Shown here one piece after another: positions 20,346 through 29,703 of a stretch of 64,000 nt of DNA; the stretch's first letter is position 1, and the number at the start of each line of letters is the position of its first letter. Made by a program: the position numbers and the translations under genes. The stretch is from a bacterium (GTDB lineage: Bacteria; Patescibacteriota; Patescibacteriia; 2-01-FULL-39-33): positions 42,700 to 106,699 of the forward strand of contig JAKQDP010000070.1 of assembly GCA_029558735.1 (NCBI GenBank). Direction: 5' to 3'. Below the pieces are notes generated by a model. That model was given only the letters and a program-made list of their open reading frames with translations, searched no databases and was not told where the DNA came from.

Positions 20346-21473
20346 TTAATTATGCTTATTTTTTTCCTGCTTCTTTGCCGCTTTCGCCCAACCATCAATC
20401 GGTAACTCAATAAAAAAGGCTGTGCCCTTACCCTCTTGAGAATCAAACCAAATCTTGCCTCCCCCTTTTTCCACTGCCAGTTTAATTAAGTATAAGCCCA
20501 GACCCGAACCTTCGGTCACTTTCTCTTTGGCGTTGTCTGCCCGAAACAGCCGGGTAAAAATTTTGTGCTGCTGGTGCTGTGGAATACCCATGCCAGTATC
20601 TCGAATTTCAATAAATAATTTAAGCCCCTTTTGGGCAATCGTCAAATACACCTTGCCCTGATCGCGATTATATTTAACGGCATTGGACAATAAATTTTGA
20701 AAAATAATCCGCAAAAATTTGGCGTCTGACTTAATCGGCTTAAGCCTAGCGTCATAATCTTTGATTAACTTAACATTTTTCAATTTAATTTTCGGCGCCA
20801 AATCGCCCAACACGTCTTCGGCCAATTCCACCACATCAACCTTTTCAATATTGATTTCAATTGTACCCAAATCCACTCGCGAGACATTCAATAAATCATT
20901 GACCAATTCAATCATCCGCTGATTACCGTCATAAATTTCTTTTAGGTATTCCTTGAGCTCCTTATTGACGCCGCCAATATCACCGTTTAGCATCATCTCC
21001 GCATACCAATTAATTGCCGATAAGGGGGTCCGAAGCTGATGGGAGGCCAAAGACACAAACTCTGTTTTGGACCGATCAATCGCTTTTTCTTGAGTAATAT
21101 CTTTTTCCACGCTAATAAAATACTTTATCCGTCTGGTCGTATCTAAGACCGGCGAAATTCTTAGCAAGGCATCATACTTTTCGCCGTTTTTTCGTTTATT
21201 CTCCAATTCGGCGGCAAAGGCTATCTTCCTGACTTTGACTGTTTGCCATAAATGCTCATAAAATTTCTTATCCATTAAGCCGCCCCAGAGCTGATTACTG
21301 CCGGCTTTTTTGCCCAGCACCTCTTTAACCTTAAAACCGGTAGTTTTCTCTAAAGCCCGATTAGCATAAAGAATCATCCCCTCTTGATCGGTGACAACAA
21401 TACAATCGGAAATATTTTCCAAAATCAGAGGAAAAATTTCCTGATCTATTTTTTTATTTTTTCTGTTAAACAT
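20346..21473 (-). CDS. Cytoplasmic PAS-domain sensor histidine kinase
   Basis: PAS domain, SHQLRTPL H-box, NLLSNAVKY, DTGMGIP, GSGLGLY; no TM segment. Confidence 0.93.
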   Translation of the reverse strand: MFNRKNKKIDQEIFPLILENISDCIVVTDQEGMILYANRALEKTTGFKVKEVLGKKAGSNQLWGGLMDKKFYEHLWQTVKVRKIAFAAELENKRKNGEKYDALLRISPVLDTTRRIKYFISVEKDITQEKAIDRSKTEFVSLASHQLRTPLSAINWYAEMMLNGDIGGVNKELKEYLKEIYDGNQRMIELVNDLLNVSRVDLGTIEINIEKVDVVELAEDVLGDLAPKIKLKNVKLIKDYDARLKPIKSDAKFLRIIFQNLLSNAVKYNRDQGKVYLTIAQKGLKLFIEIRDTGMGIPQHQQHKIFTRLFRADNAKEKVTEGSGLGLYLIKLAVEKGGGKIWFDSQEGKGTAFFIELPIDGWAKAAKKQEKNKHN

Positions 21474-21544
21474 CGACTTTTAGTCGTGATTATCCCACAC
21501 CAAAGCTTGTTCCGAGTACCTCGGAACAAGTCTTTGATATGTGA

Positions 21545-21988
21545 TTAACGAGTAACGCTAATGGTCTGTCCTTGTTCGGCATCCGGAGCAGATACCGTGA
21601 CTCGACCGGTGGTGGCATCCTGATAAATTTCATAACAAGCGCCGCCAGTGGCACAAGCGTTACCGGGATCAACCGGAATAGATACCAAATAAGTGCCATT
21701 TAACGTCAAAGGCGACAAATCGATCAATCCGCTGCAGGCGGTTGTGTTAGTAGCGCAAATTTCCGTCGAAGTGGTGGTAATGTTACCGGGCAAATTGCCA
21801 TTATTGTCAATAGCATACTGATAAACCGCGTTCAAAATAGTATTGACATCAATGCTCCGCTGGGCGTTCCTGGTATCAGCCAATTGCTTACCCGGATTGA
21901 TGGCAATAATAACAATACCGGCCAAGATGGCAATCGCCGCCACTACCAGTAAGATTTCCAGCAATGTAAAACCTCGCTGTTTGCTCAT
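21545..21988 (-). CDS. Type IV (major) pilin
   Basis: KQRG|FTLLEILLVV prepilin motif, INP..RNAQR, IPVDP. Confidence 0.9.
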   Translation of the reverse strand: MSKQRGFTLLEILLVVAAIAILAGIVIIAINPGKQLADTRNAQRSIDVNTILNAVYQYAIDNNGNLPGNITTTSTEICATNTTACSGLIDLSPLTLNGTYLVSIPVDPGNACATGGACYEIYQDATTGRVTVSAPDAEQGQTISVTR

Positions 21989-22152
21989 AATTTTGATTAG
22001 TTTATTAATTTATTATTAAAATTAAATCTTATCAACGACCTTTTGGGCTAAAATTGTTAAATGCCATATTGTCATATTATTAGAGACTGCTCTTATCTCC
22101 CCCTTCCCAACTTTACATATTTTGTTGGCTTGTTCACATTATACCATATTTT

Positions 22153-22569
22153 TTAATTGAAATCAGCCACTGGTTGCCAGCTAACAATATTAATCTGGGA
22201 CGACAATTGATCAATCAATACTTGCTGACGGCTGACAGCTGAACCGACATAGGCAGAGGCCTTAATAGTAATCTTGCCGCCGGCTAATTGCTCCACCTGA
22301 TAATCGCCGGCGCCGCTATCCAAAATCAAATTATAAGAGCCGGAAAAAGCCGGATTATTTTTGATATTGACCAGGGCCTGCTCAAGACAAGCATCATTAA
22401 TCGCCCGGGCTTGGGCTAATTGATAAGCCAACAAATCATTTTGGGATTGACCGGCGCTAAAGACGAGTAAAGATACGGCCACGGCCAGACCGACAACACT
22501 AATTAATAAAACACTGACCAGACTGACCATGCCGGCGGCAGAATTATTTTTTGAGATTAAGCGAACCAT
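22153..22569 (-). CDS. Minor pilin (PilX-like)
   Basis: AAG|MVSLVSVLLI hydrophobic N-terminus lacking E5, ACLEQAL, SWQ C-terminus; operon position. Confidence 0.7.
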   Translation of the reverse strand: MVRLISKNNSAAGMVSLVSVLLISVVGLAVAVSLLVFSAGQSQNDLLAYQLAQARAINDACLEQALVNIKNNPAFSGSYNLILDSGAGDYQVEQLAGGKITIKASAYVGSAVSRQQVLIDQLSSQINIVSWQPVADFN

Positions 22570-23044
22570 AAAAAGTTTTGGCATAATTTAATTCCTGACG
22601 GTTATTATCATTAAGATACTGCAAAGTAAAACTAAACCTAACCAAGCCGGCGGTCGCGGGACGAGACAAATTAACAAATGATAAGGCGCTGGCAATTACC
22701 TGATTAGAATTAAGTTCAACCGGCGAATTAGCGCCTTCGATAATTCTGATTTTACCACCACTCAAATTAAAAACAACCGGATTAACTAGCGGCTCAATAC
22801 TAGTAATAGACAAACTCGGAGCGCTGACGCCGGTCGCCGGACTATTAATTGCCTGGGCATCACTAATTGCCTGCTCCAGTAGTAAAATAATTTGCCGCCC
22901 CTGCTGTTCGACTTCATTAATCGCCCGATTTTTCACCTGACTAGCCAAGATTATTGATAAAAAAATTGATACTGCCAAAAGTATTGCTCCGGCCAAGCCA
23001 ATGTAAAGCAGCAATTCAATTAAAGTAAAGCCTCGTTGTTTCAT
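22544..23044 (-). CDS. Minor pilin (PilW-like)
   Basis: MKQRG|FTLIELLLYIG. Confidence 0.85.
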   Translation of the reverse strand: MKQRGFTLIELLLYIGLAGAILLAVSIFLSIILASQVKNRAINEVEQQGRQIILLLEQAISDAQAINSPATGVSAPSLSITSIEPLVNPVVFNLSGGKIRIIEGANSPVELNSNQVIASALSFVNLSRPATAGLVRFSFTLQYLNDNNRQELNYAKTFYGSLNLKK

Positions 23045-23054
23045 AGCAAAAAAA

Positions 23055-24734
23055 TTAACGACACTGGTTGCCGGCGCAGCGGCCCGGGCAGGACTGTGTC
23101 TCTTGCTGAGGCAGACAACCAAATAAACAAGTCCGCTCTCTGGCCAAAGTGGTTTTATTCAAACAATACCAATTACCCCAGGCGCCGCAACTATCCAAAA
23201 CACACTGAGTTGTTTCCAAGCAGCCGAACAAACAAACGCGCGCCTGAGCCATATAATCGGCCCCGCAATCGCCCAAGCCGCAACCCTGGTTAACCCAGGC
23301 GTCACAACTATCATCAAGGCATTGCTGTTCAAAGTCGCAGCCAACCGGCGAACAAATTCTGGTTTGATGTATTTGCTCGGCGCTACAACTATCGCTGCCA
23401 CACTGATTATTGGTCCAAGCCAAACATTCGCAAGCCGGATAAATCATCGGGCCGGCGAAAGCAGCTAGACCAAAAGTTTCCGGCAAATGACTGCGTTCAT
23501 TATCCACTACTTGATCTTCCTCGGCTCGCAAACCGACCTGAGTCAGACTATTGCTACAAACCACTGCCCAGGAACCGTCATCATCAGCCATTTCTTGCTG
23601 GCTGGCTAAGACGATTGGCAAGCCAGCGTAATTATTCTGATAATCAAAGGTGAAACAACCATCATCCCGACCACGGACAGTGTTATCAGTCTGATAAGTT
23701 TCCCCCTCAATTATTCCGATGGTGCTAGTAGTATTGGCGCTTACCGCTATCCACCCAATAGTCTCCATATTATGGCTGGCATAAGCTTCCGCGCCATTTA
23801 AAGCAATTCTCATCCCTTGACTATCCGGCGGCTCAGTTTGACTATTGAGATTGCTGACATAACTACTAATCCAGCTGGCGTCATTAAAGCTCATTACCTG
23901 ATGCAACACTACAATCGGATTGTCAAAACTTTGGTTAAACGACTTAGTATCAAACCGCCAATTGCCGCTCGCGCCGACCGTATCGGTATTATGTTTGCCG
24001 GCTTCTATCTTAAGACCGTCTATTTCCCAACTTCCTTGCTCCACGACCCAATAAGCCACCTCGTCAGCCGACAAATTTTTTTCCGCCGGATCCTGCAATC
24101 TTATTTCCAGGCCAGTTGGAGTAATATTCCTAATTCTAACCGAAACCGACCGATTATTATTAAGATTATATACTGTGGCCACCACTACCGGCTCAATATA
24201 AGTATTAGAAAAATCAACTTTGTACCACTGTTCATCAACGGACACCAATCCGGTCTCCATTTTTAATTCACCTTCGGACCGCCGCCAATCCCCCAAATAA
24301 CTGCTTAACTCTACCTGGCCATTTTTAGTCGGGCCATAGCGCCAATCCACCCGAACGGTAACTTTTTTAAGTTCGGGATTGATTGATTGAATAGTGACTG
24401 TCCTGGTAAAATTATCCTCGCTATCGGCTTCAGCTGCTAATTCCCACTGGCCATTATTAATAATTAAACCATAATTGCCATCGGCTAATAACTCAAAATT
24501 ATCATCGCGAATATTTCTAACAACCGCCAACCCTTCGGTCGCCAAATTAAGTGCCTGCCATCTAATGCCGGATAATGCCAACCCCTCTTGACCGTAAAAA
24601 ATCGCGCCAATAAAAGAAGTGGCAATAACCATAAACAGCGCCACCGATAAAATCGCTTCCACTAAAGAAAATCCGCCCCTAGTAATTAAGCATTCCTTTG
24701 GCGTTGATACTGATTGTTTGACTGTTATAACCAT
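23055..24734 (-). CDS. Large minor pilin with lectin-like repeats and Cys-rich C-terminus (start uncertain)
   Basis: RGG|FSLVEAIL prepilin motif, PilV-like domain, three F...Y/F..P.V(V) repeats, three Cys/Trp-rich repeats. Confidence 0.8.
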   Translation of the reverse strand: MVITVKQSVSTPKECLITRGGFSLVEAILSVALFMVIATSFIGAIFYGQEGLALSGIRWQALNLATEGLAVVRNIRDDNFELLADGNYGLIINNGQWELAAEADSEDNFTRTVTIQSINPELKKVTVRVDWRYGPTKNGQVELSSYLGDWRRSEGELKMETGLVSVDEQWYKVDFSNTYIEPVVVATVYNLNNNRSVSVRIRNITPTGLEIRLQDPAEKNLSADEVAYWVVEQGSWEIDGLKIEAGKHNTDTVGASGNWRFDTKSFNQSFDNPIVVLHQVMSFNDASWISSYVSNLNSQTEPPDSQGMRIALNGAEAYASHNMETIGWIAVSANTTSTIGIIEGETYQTDNTVRGRDDGCFTFDYQNNYAGLPIVLASQQEMADDDGSWAVVCSNSLTQVGLRAEEDQVVDNERSHLPETFGLAAFAGPMIYPACECLAWTNNQCGSDSCSAEQIHQTRICSPVGCDFEQQCLDDSCDAWVNQGCGLGDCGADYMAQARVCLFGCLETTQCVLDSCGAWGNWYCLNKTTLARERTCLFGCLPQQETQSCPGRCAGNQCR

Positions 24735-25116
24735 TAGAAATAATAATCTCTCCACTTGCATTCGGCGCTGACTCGGCCTTGGCAAAAATAATCTCCGCCA
24801 AGCCGCTGTATTGGCTAAGACCGGTTAACTCAAAAATCTCATCCGCACCTGGCTCGCGGTTGGTATAGTCCTCGCCGCGAAAAACCACCGCTCGCTCCTG
24901 ATTGATCGCCACTCCCCAACTGCTATCGTCAACCATGGCCACAGCCTTAATTTGAGCGCGGCGCACCGCTTGGATAATAGTGGAAACCGAAACATCCAAA
25001 TCACTCCGTTGCTGCAAGGAACGATAGACCGGAAAACCAATGGCGGTCAAAATCGCCACTAAAGCGATTGACAACAACACCTCCAGTAAAGTAAAGCCCC
25101 AAAACGACTTGGCCAT
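24679..25116 (-). CDS. Minor pilin (FimT-like)
   Basis: WG|FTLLEVLLS, RRAQIKA, SWGV. Confidence 0.85.
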   Translation of the reverse strand: MAKSFWGFTLLEVLLSIALVAILTAIGFPVYRSLQQRSDLDVSVSTIIQAVRRAQIKAVAMVDDSSWGVAINQERAVVFRGEDYTNREPGADEIFELTGLSQYSGLAEIIFAKAESAPNASGEIIISNGYNSQTISINAKGMLNY

Positions 25117-25119
25117 AAA

Positions 25120-26646
25120 TTAATCAGAAATTATTTCAATATAAGCGCCGGTCACCCAACCGGTTTGTCCTGATTCCAGACTGATTTGATACCAGCCATT
25201 TTGCTCCGATAAATAATCAAACACCTGACCGGGAACAACTTGGCCGACCAGCTTGCCGGCGCTGGTCGGACTGCTTCTAACATTCAAATAACCGACGCCC
25301 GTATTTAAAATTTTTAATCTTTGCAAATTATCTTCGCTGGGCGTTAAGGCGACTGACGAAGTCGCCAAAGGAACGACTCCTTGACTAGTGCTAGCGACCG
25401 CGTTAGTCGTAGTGGCCAAAGCAGGGCCCATTGGCGATTTGAAAACAGTCGCCGCCGGCGTCTCACTAATTGATTGCGGCGTCGGCGCGGAAACATTATT
25501 CTGCTTATTTAAGCCCCCAATCAAACTGTAAATCGGCAAAATTACCGCCAGGGCGACCGCTACCACCCCCAACCAAATAATCACCAACAACAGTGGCTCT
25601 AAAATGACTGATAAATTCTTAGTGGTAGTTTCGGTCTTTTCCTCATAAATCTCCCCGATTTTCAACAAAATCTCCGGTAAGCGACCAGACTGTTCGCCGG
25701 AAGCGATCATTTGCTGAACCGGCAAGGGAATAATTTTATCACTATTTTTATAAAGCTCAAAAGTCCGCTGAAAAGAATTACCCTCTTCAATTTTTTCTTT
25801 GGCAAAAGCGAAAAATTTTCGATAAGCAAAAAAGGTGGTCGCTTCGTTAAGTGACACCAGGGCCTCAATAATCGGCAAGCCGGCGTCTAACAAAGTCCCC
25901 AAGATATAGCCCAGTTGAGCCACTTCAATCTGCTGAATCAATTTCTTAATCGCCGGCAGATTAAACAAAATCGCCTGGCCAATAAATTTGGTCCGCCGAT
26001 AAAAAAACAACAAATACAAAATTATCCCCGCCAAACCAATTGCCACCGGCAAAACAATTTGACCGTAAGCTTTGACAAAATCGCCGACGCTAATTAGAAT
26101 TCTGGTAATGACGGGCAAATCCAGGCTTAATTGACTAAACACTGAAGACAGTCGCGGCAAAATAAACCAGGCCACGCCAACGCCAATGACTGCGGTCAAA
26201 CCCAGCACTAATACCGGATACATCATTGCGGAACGAATTTTTGAATTAAAACTGCGTTCCTTTTGCTGTTGCTCGACAATCACCTGCAAGTTTTCTGCCA
26301 ACCGACCCGAGGCTTCGCCAATATCAATCAAAGAAATGACATGGGCGGGCATTAAGTTGGTTCCAGCTAAAGCATTTGAGATCGAGGTGCCCGAATCAAT
26401 TTCGTCGCTCATTTGGTCGATTGCTGCCCGCATATAGCGCGAGCGGAGCCCCTTCTTAATAGCTGCCAACGCCAACAAAATGTCCATGCCCGCCGCCAAA
26501 AGCATCGCCAGATTTTCAATAAAGTAATCCTTTTCTTCACCGACATTCAATTTTGATAACCTCAAAAAAAAGGAAGTTTTACCTTTTTTCCTTTTTTTTC
26601 CTCCTTGAGATTTGACTGTCGGGGGAATTGACTTTGGTCGGACCAT
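25120..26646 (-). CDS. pilC: Type IV pilus platform protein PilC/GspF with C-terminal SH3b domain
   Basis: Two GspF repeats (GEASGRL, SAMMYP, GEQSGRL, LEPLL), T/S/A-rich linker, YLNVRSSP...GWYQI...TGWV. Confidence 0.88.
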   Translation of the reverse strand: MVRPKSIPPTVKSQGGKKRKKGKTSFFLRLSKLNVGEEKDYFIENLAMLLAAGMDILLALAAIKKGLRSRYMRAAIDQMSDEIDSGTSISNALAGTNLMPAHVISLIDIGEASGRLAENLQVIVEQQQKERSFNSKIRSAMMYPVLVLGLTAVIGVGVAWFILPRLSSVFSQLSLDLPVITRILISVGDFVKAYGQIVLPVAIGLAGIILYLLFFYRRTKFIGQAILFNLPAIKKLIQQIEVAQLGYILGTLLDAGLPIIEALVSLNEATTFFAYRKFFAFAKEKIEEGNSFQRTFELYKNSDKIIPLPVQQMIASGEQSGRLPEILLKIGEIYEEKTETTTKNLSVILEPLLLVIIWLGVVAVALAVILPIYSLIGGLNKQNNVSAPTPQSISETPAATVFKSPMGPALATTTNAVASTSQGVVPLATSSVALTPSEDNLQRLKILNTGVGYLNVRSSPTSAGKLVGQVVPGQVFDYLSEQNGWYQISLESGQTGWVTGAYIEIISD

Positions 26647-26745
26647 TATTTAAATTCTAAAATTAAAAATTTATATTCTGAGCGACTACCGGCTCAAAGT
26701 TTTATACTCGAAATCAAAAACGCAAAAAATAATTTAAGGCTCGTT

Positions 26746-28455
26746 TTATTTTTTCTTTTTAGCCCGGCTTGTTCTAAGGGACGATTGGGGTGGGACGCTT
26801 GAAACGCTAAATTCCGGCGGGGTCGCCACTCGAAACAGTTCTTCCAGGGTGGTTAAGCCGTTTTTTACCTTTTGCAAGCCATCCTCAAACAAAGAAACTG
26901 CGCCCTCTTGCCGAGCCAAATCCCAAATTTGTTTGGTGGACGGATTGGTTAAAATCAGCTCCTCCATTGCTGGTGTAATCGGCACAAACTCAAAAATCGC
27001 TACCCGACCGCTGTAGCCAGTCTTATTGCAAGCGCTACAGCCCTTACCCTGGTAAAGAGTGGTTTTGGAACCGGAAAAATAATCTTTCACTTTGGGAAAT
27101 TCCTTAAATAATTCCTTGTTATTGGCGGGATAGCTATACCGGCATTTTTCACAGATTTTTCTGACCAACCGCTGCGCCACTACCAGCTCCAAGGTCGATG
27201 CCAATAAAAACGGCTCAATCTCCATATCCAACAACCGCGGAATGGCCGTCGGTGCATCATTGGCATGAAAAGTAGACAACAATAAATGACCGGTCAAAGA
27301 AGCATTGACCGCGATTTCCGCTGTTTCTTCATCGCGAATTTCCCCGACCAGAATAATATCCGGATCTTGCCGGACAATTGACCTTAAGCCCTTGGCAAAA
27401 GTCAAATTTGTCCGCTGATTAACCTGAATTTGATTCACGCCGGTGATCTTATATTCAACCGGATCTTCAATCGTGGTGATATTAACCGTCGAACGGTTGA
27501 GCGGCTTTAATAAGGCGTACAGAGTGGTGGTTTTGCCCGAACCAGTTGGACCGGTAACCAAAATCATGCCAAAGGGCTTACTGGCCGCCTCCCACAACAG
27601 CTCCTGGTCGCGACTGGATAAGCCGATATCAGTTAAAGAAAAGCCCCGGACATACTCGGATAAAATACGCATCACGATTTTTTCCCCGTCCAGAGTCGGA
27701 ATAACCGAGACGCGAAAATCAGTAGCGCGGCCATCGCTGCGCCGATAGCGAATAGCGCCGTCCTGGGCGGCCAAATGTTCATCAGTCCGCAGATGGGCCT
27801 GAACTTTTATCCGGTTAGTGATATTCTCGTAATAATCTTTGTTCAACCGGCCGGCTTCCTGCAACACCCCGTCAATCCGAAAACGGATAACTAATTCTTT
27901 TTCTTGGGGTTCAAAGTGGATATCGGAAGCGCGATATAAAATGGCGTCTTCAAAAATTTCTTCCAAAATTTCCGGCGCAATTCGGCCTTGACTTTTAATA
28001 ATCCGAGCAAACCTGGTATCTAAAGATTTTTGATAATGAATAAAAGCGTCATCAATATCTTCGGTCAAAGAATAAGCGATGGTGATTTTCGCTTTAGGAA
28101 AAACCGCCTGGGCCGCCGCCAAGGCCTTCTTTTTATTCAAGTCATCCGTAGTAATAGTCAGCTCATTTTTATCGGCAGCAAACAACACCAACCGATTTTT
28201 TTTGGCAATGGTTTCAGGAATTTTCAGCACCTGCTCGCGGGCCGGTCGATTAGTATTCAAATCGGCATACGGTAAACCGGCATCTTCGGCAATGGCCTGA
28301 CCGAACAAATCCTTACTGATTAACTGTTCGCTGAGCAAATAATCAATCACCGTCAAATTTTTTAATTTGGAAAATTTTTCCGCCTTCTCAAAATCCTCCG
28401 GCGATACATAACTGCCATCCAAGAGAATTTTTTTCAACTTGGCTGGGTCAAGCAT
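26746..28455 (-). CDS. pilB: Type IV pilus assembly ATPase PilB/GspE
   Basis: ASDIHFEP, GPTGSGKTT, TIEDPVE, RQDPDIILVGEIRD, CxxC...CxxC zinc motif. Confidence 0.93.
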   Translation of the reverse strand: MLDPAKLKKILLDGSYVSPEDFEKAEKFSKLKNLTVIDYLLSEQLISKDLFGQAIAEDAGLPYADLNTNRPAREQVLKIPETIAKKNRLVLFAADKNELTITTDDLNKKKALAAAQAVFPKAKITIAYSLTEDIDDAFIHYQKSLDTRFARIIKSQGRIAPEILEEIFEDAILYRASDIHFEPQEKELVIRFRIDGVLQEAGRLNKDYYENITNRIKVQAHLRTDEHLAAQDGAIRYRRSDGRATDFRVSVIPTLDGEKIVMRILSEYVRGFSLTDIGLSSRDQELLWEAASKPFGMILVTGPTGSGKTTTLYALLKPLNRSTVNITTIEDPVEYKITGVNQIQVNQRTNLTFAKGLRSIVRQDPDIILVGEIRDEETAEIAVNASLTGHLLLSTFHANDAPTAIPRLLDMEIEPFLLASTLELVVAQRLVRKICEKCRYSYPANNKELFKEFPKVKDYFSGSKTTLYQGKGCSACNKTGYSGRVAIFEFVPITPAMEELILTNPSTKQIWDLARQEGAVSLFEDGLQKVKNGLTTLEELFRVATPPEFSVSSVPPQSSLRTSRAKKKK

Positions 28456-28484
28456 GGGATTGTAAATTTATGATTTATTAATGA

Positions 28485-28859
28485 TTAACCGCTTAAAACC
28501 TTATTGACATTATCAACCACTTTGGAAATCGGCGTATCTGATTTGACAAAATAATCCTTAGCGCCCAGTTCTTTGACTCGCCGAATATCCTCTTCCTGGC
28601 TTAAGTTGCTGGAAACAATTACCGGCGTCCGGTCGCCACGGTCTTTTAATTCGGCCAAAACCGCAAAACCATCCACCCGCGGCATCATCAAATCCAGTAG
28701 TAACAAATCAAATTTTTCTTTTTTCATTATATCCAGAGCTTCCCGACCATTACTAACCGTCTTGACGGTAAAACCTTCTTTGGTAAATTTCAACTCCAAA
28801 GCCTTGGCCATTGGCCGTTCATCATCAGCCACTAAAATTTTTCTGCCCTTTAGCGCCAT
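28485..28859 (-). CDS. Single-domain response regulator
   Basis: KILVADDE, LLDLMMPRVDG, SSNL, YFVKS. Confidence 0.93.
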   Translation of the reverse strand: MALKGRKILVADDERPMAKALELKFTKEGFTVKTVSNGREALDIMKKEKFDLLLLDLMMPRVDGFAVLAELKDRGDRTPVIVSSNLSQEEDIRRVKELGAKDYFVKSDTPISKVVDNVNKVLSG

Positions 28860-29015
28860 AAGAAAAGTTATCAACAGTTAATATTATAACATTTTTTCCT
28901 TAGTAAAACAAAATCTGGGATTGCCTTCCTTAAATTAAGCCGGCCCGTAAAATTTCCAGTTACCACCTAGTAACAACACCCCAGCGGAAAGCCGCCGCCT
29001 GACCTAATAAATTCT

Positions 29016-29693
29016 TTATTCCTTCTGCCACAATTCAGCCAACTGCTCCAAAGTGACAGATTGGGCCAGGGTAAACTCACCCACCCTGGTCCGCTCCAAA
29101 CCTGCCAGATAAGCGCCCGAGCCAAGCGCCTTGCCAAGATCCCGCGCCAAGGATCGAATATATACTCCCTTGCCGCAAATTACCTTTATCCGTAAGTCGG
29201 GGTATTTGTATTGCAACACCTTGATATCTTTGATTTCCACTGGACGAGGCAAAAGCTCCACCTTTTGGCCGGTGCGCGCCGATTTATACGCCCGCCTTCC
29301 GCCAACTTTGACAGCGCTAAACTGGGGCGGAACCTGCTTGATGATTCCAACAAAAGAACCTAAAGCCCATTTTACTTGGTTTAAAGAAATGCTTTTTTCC
29401 GCTACTAGAAATTCCGAGATATTCTTTATCCCCTCGGCATCATCAGTGGCGCTAGTCAGGCCCAATCTAATCTTAGCTATGTATTCTTTTTCTTGTCCGA
29501 CAATTTCTGATAGTCGCTTGGTCGCCTCGCGACCGACGCCGACGACTAGTACACCGCTGGCCAAGGGGTCCAGGGTGCCAGCATGACCGACTTTTTTGAC
29601 ACCGGTAATTTTCCGCGCTCTTGCCACAATATTAAAAGAGCTCGGCCCTTTGGGCTTGTAAATGCTAAAAATATTTTTATAGGCGATATTCAT
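29016..29693 (-). CDS. truB: tRNA pseudouridine(55) synthase
   Basis: KPKGPSS, KVGHAGTLDPLASG, CGKGVYIRSLARD; start trimmed to ATG 29693. Confidence 0.95.
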   Translation of the reverse strand: MNIAYKNIFSIYKPKGPSSFNIVARARKITGVKKVGHAGTLDPLASGVLVVGVGREATKRLSEIVGQEKEYIAKIRLGLTSATDDAEGIKNISEFLVAEKSISLNQVKWALGSFVGIIKQVPPQFSAVKVGGRRAYKSARTGQKVELLPRPVEIKDIKVLQYKYPDLRIKVICGKGVYIRSLARDLGKALGSGAYLAGLERTRVGEFTLAQSVTLEQLAELWQKE

Positions 29694-29703
29694 TTGCGAG
29701 TTA

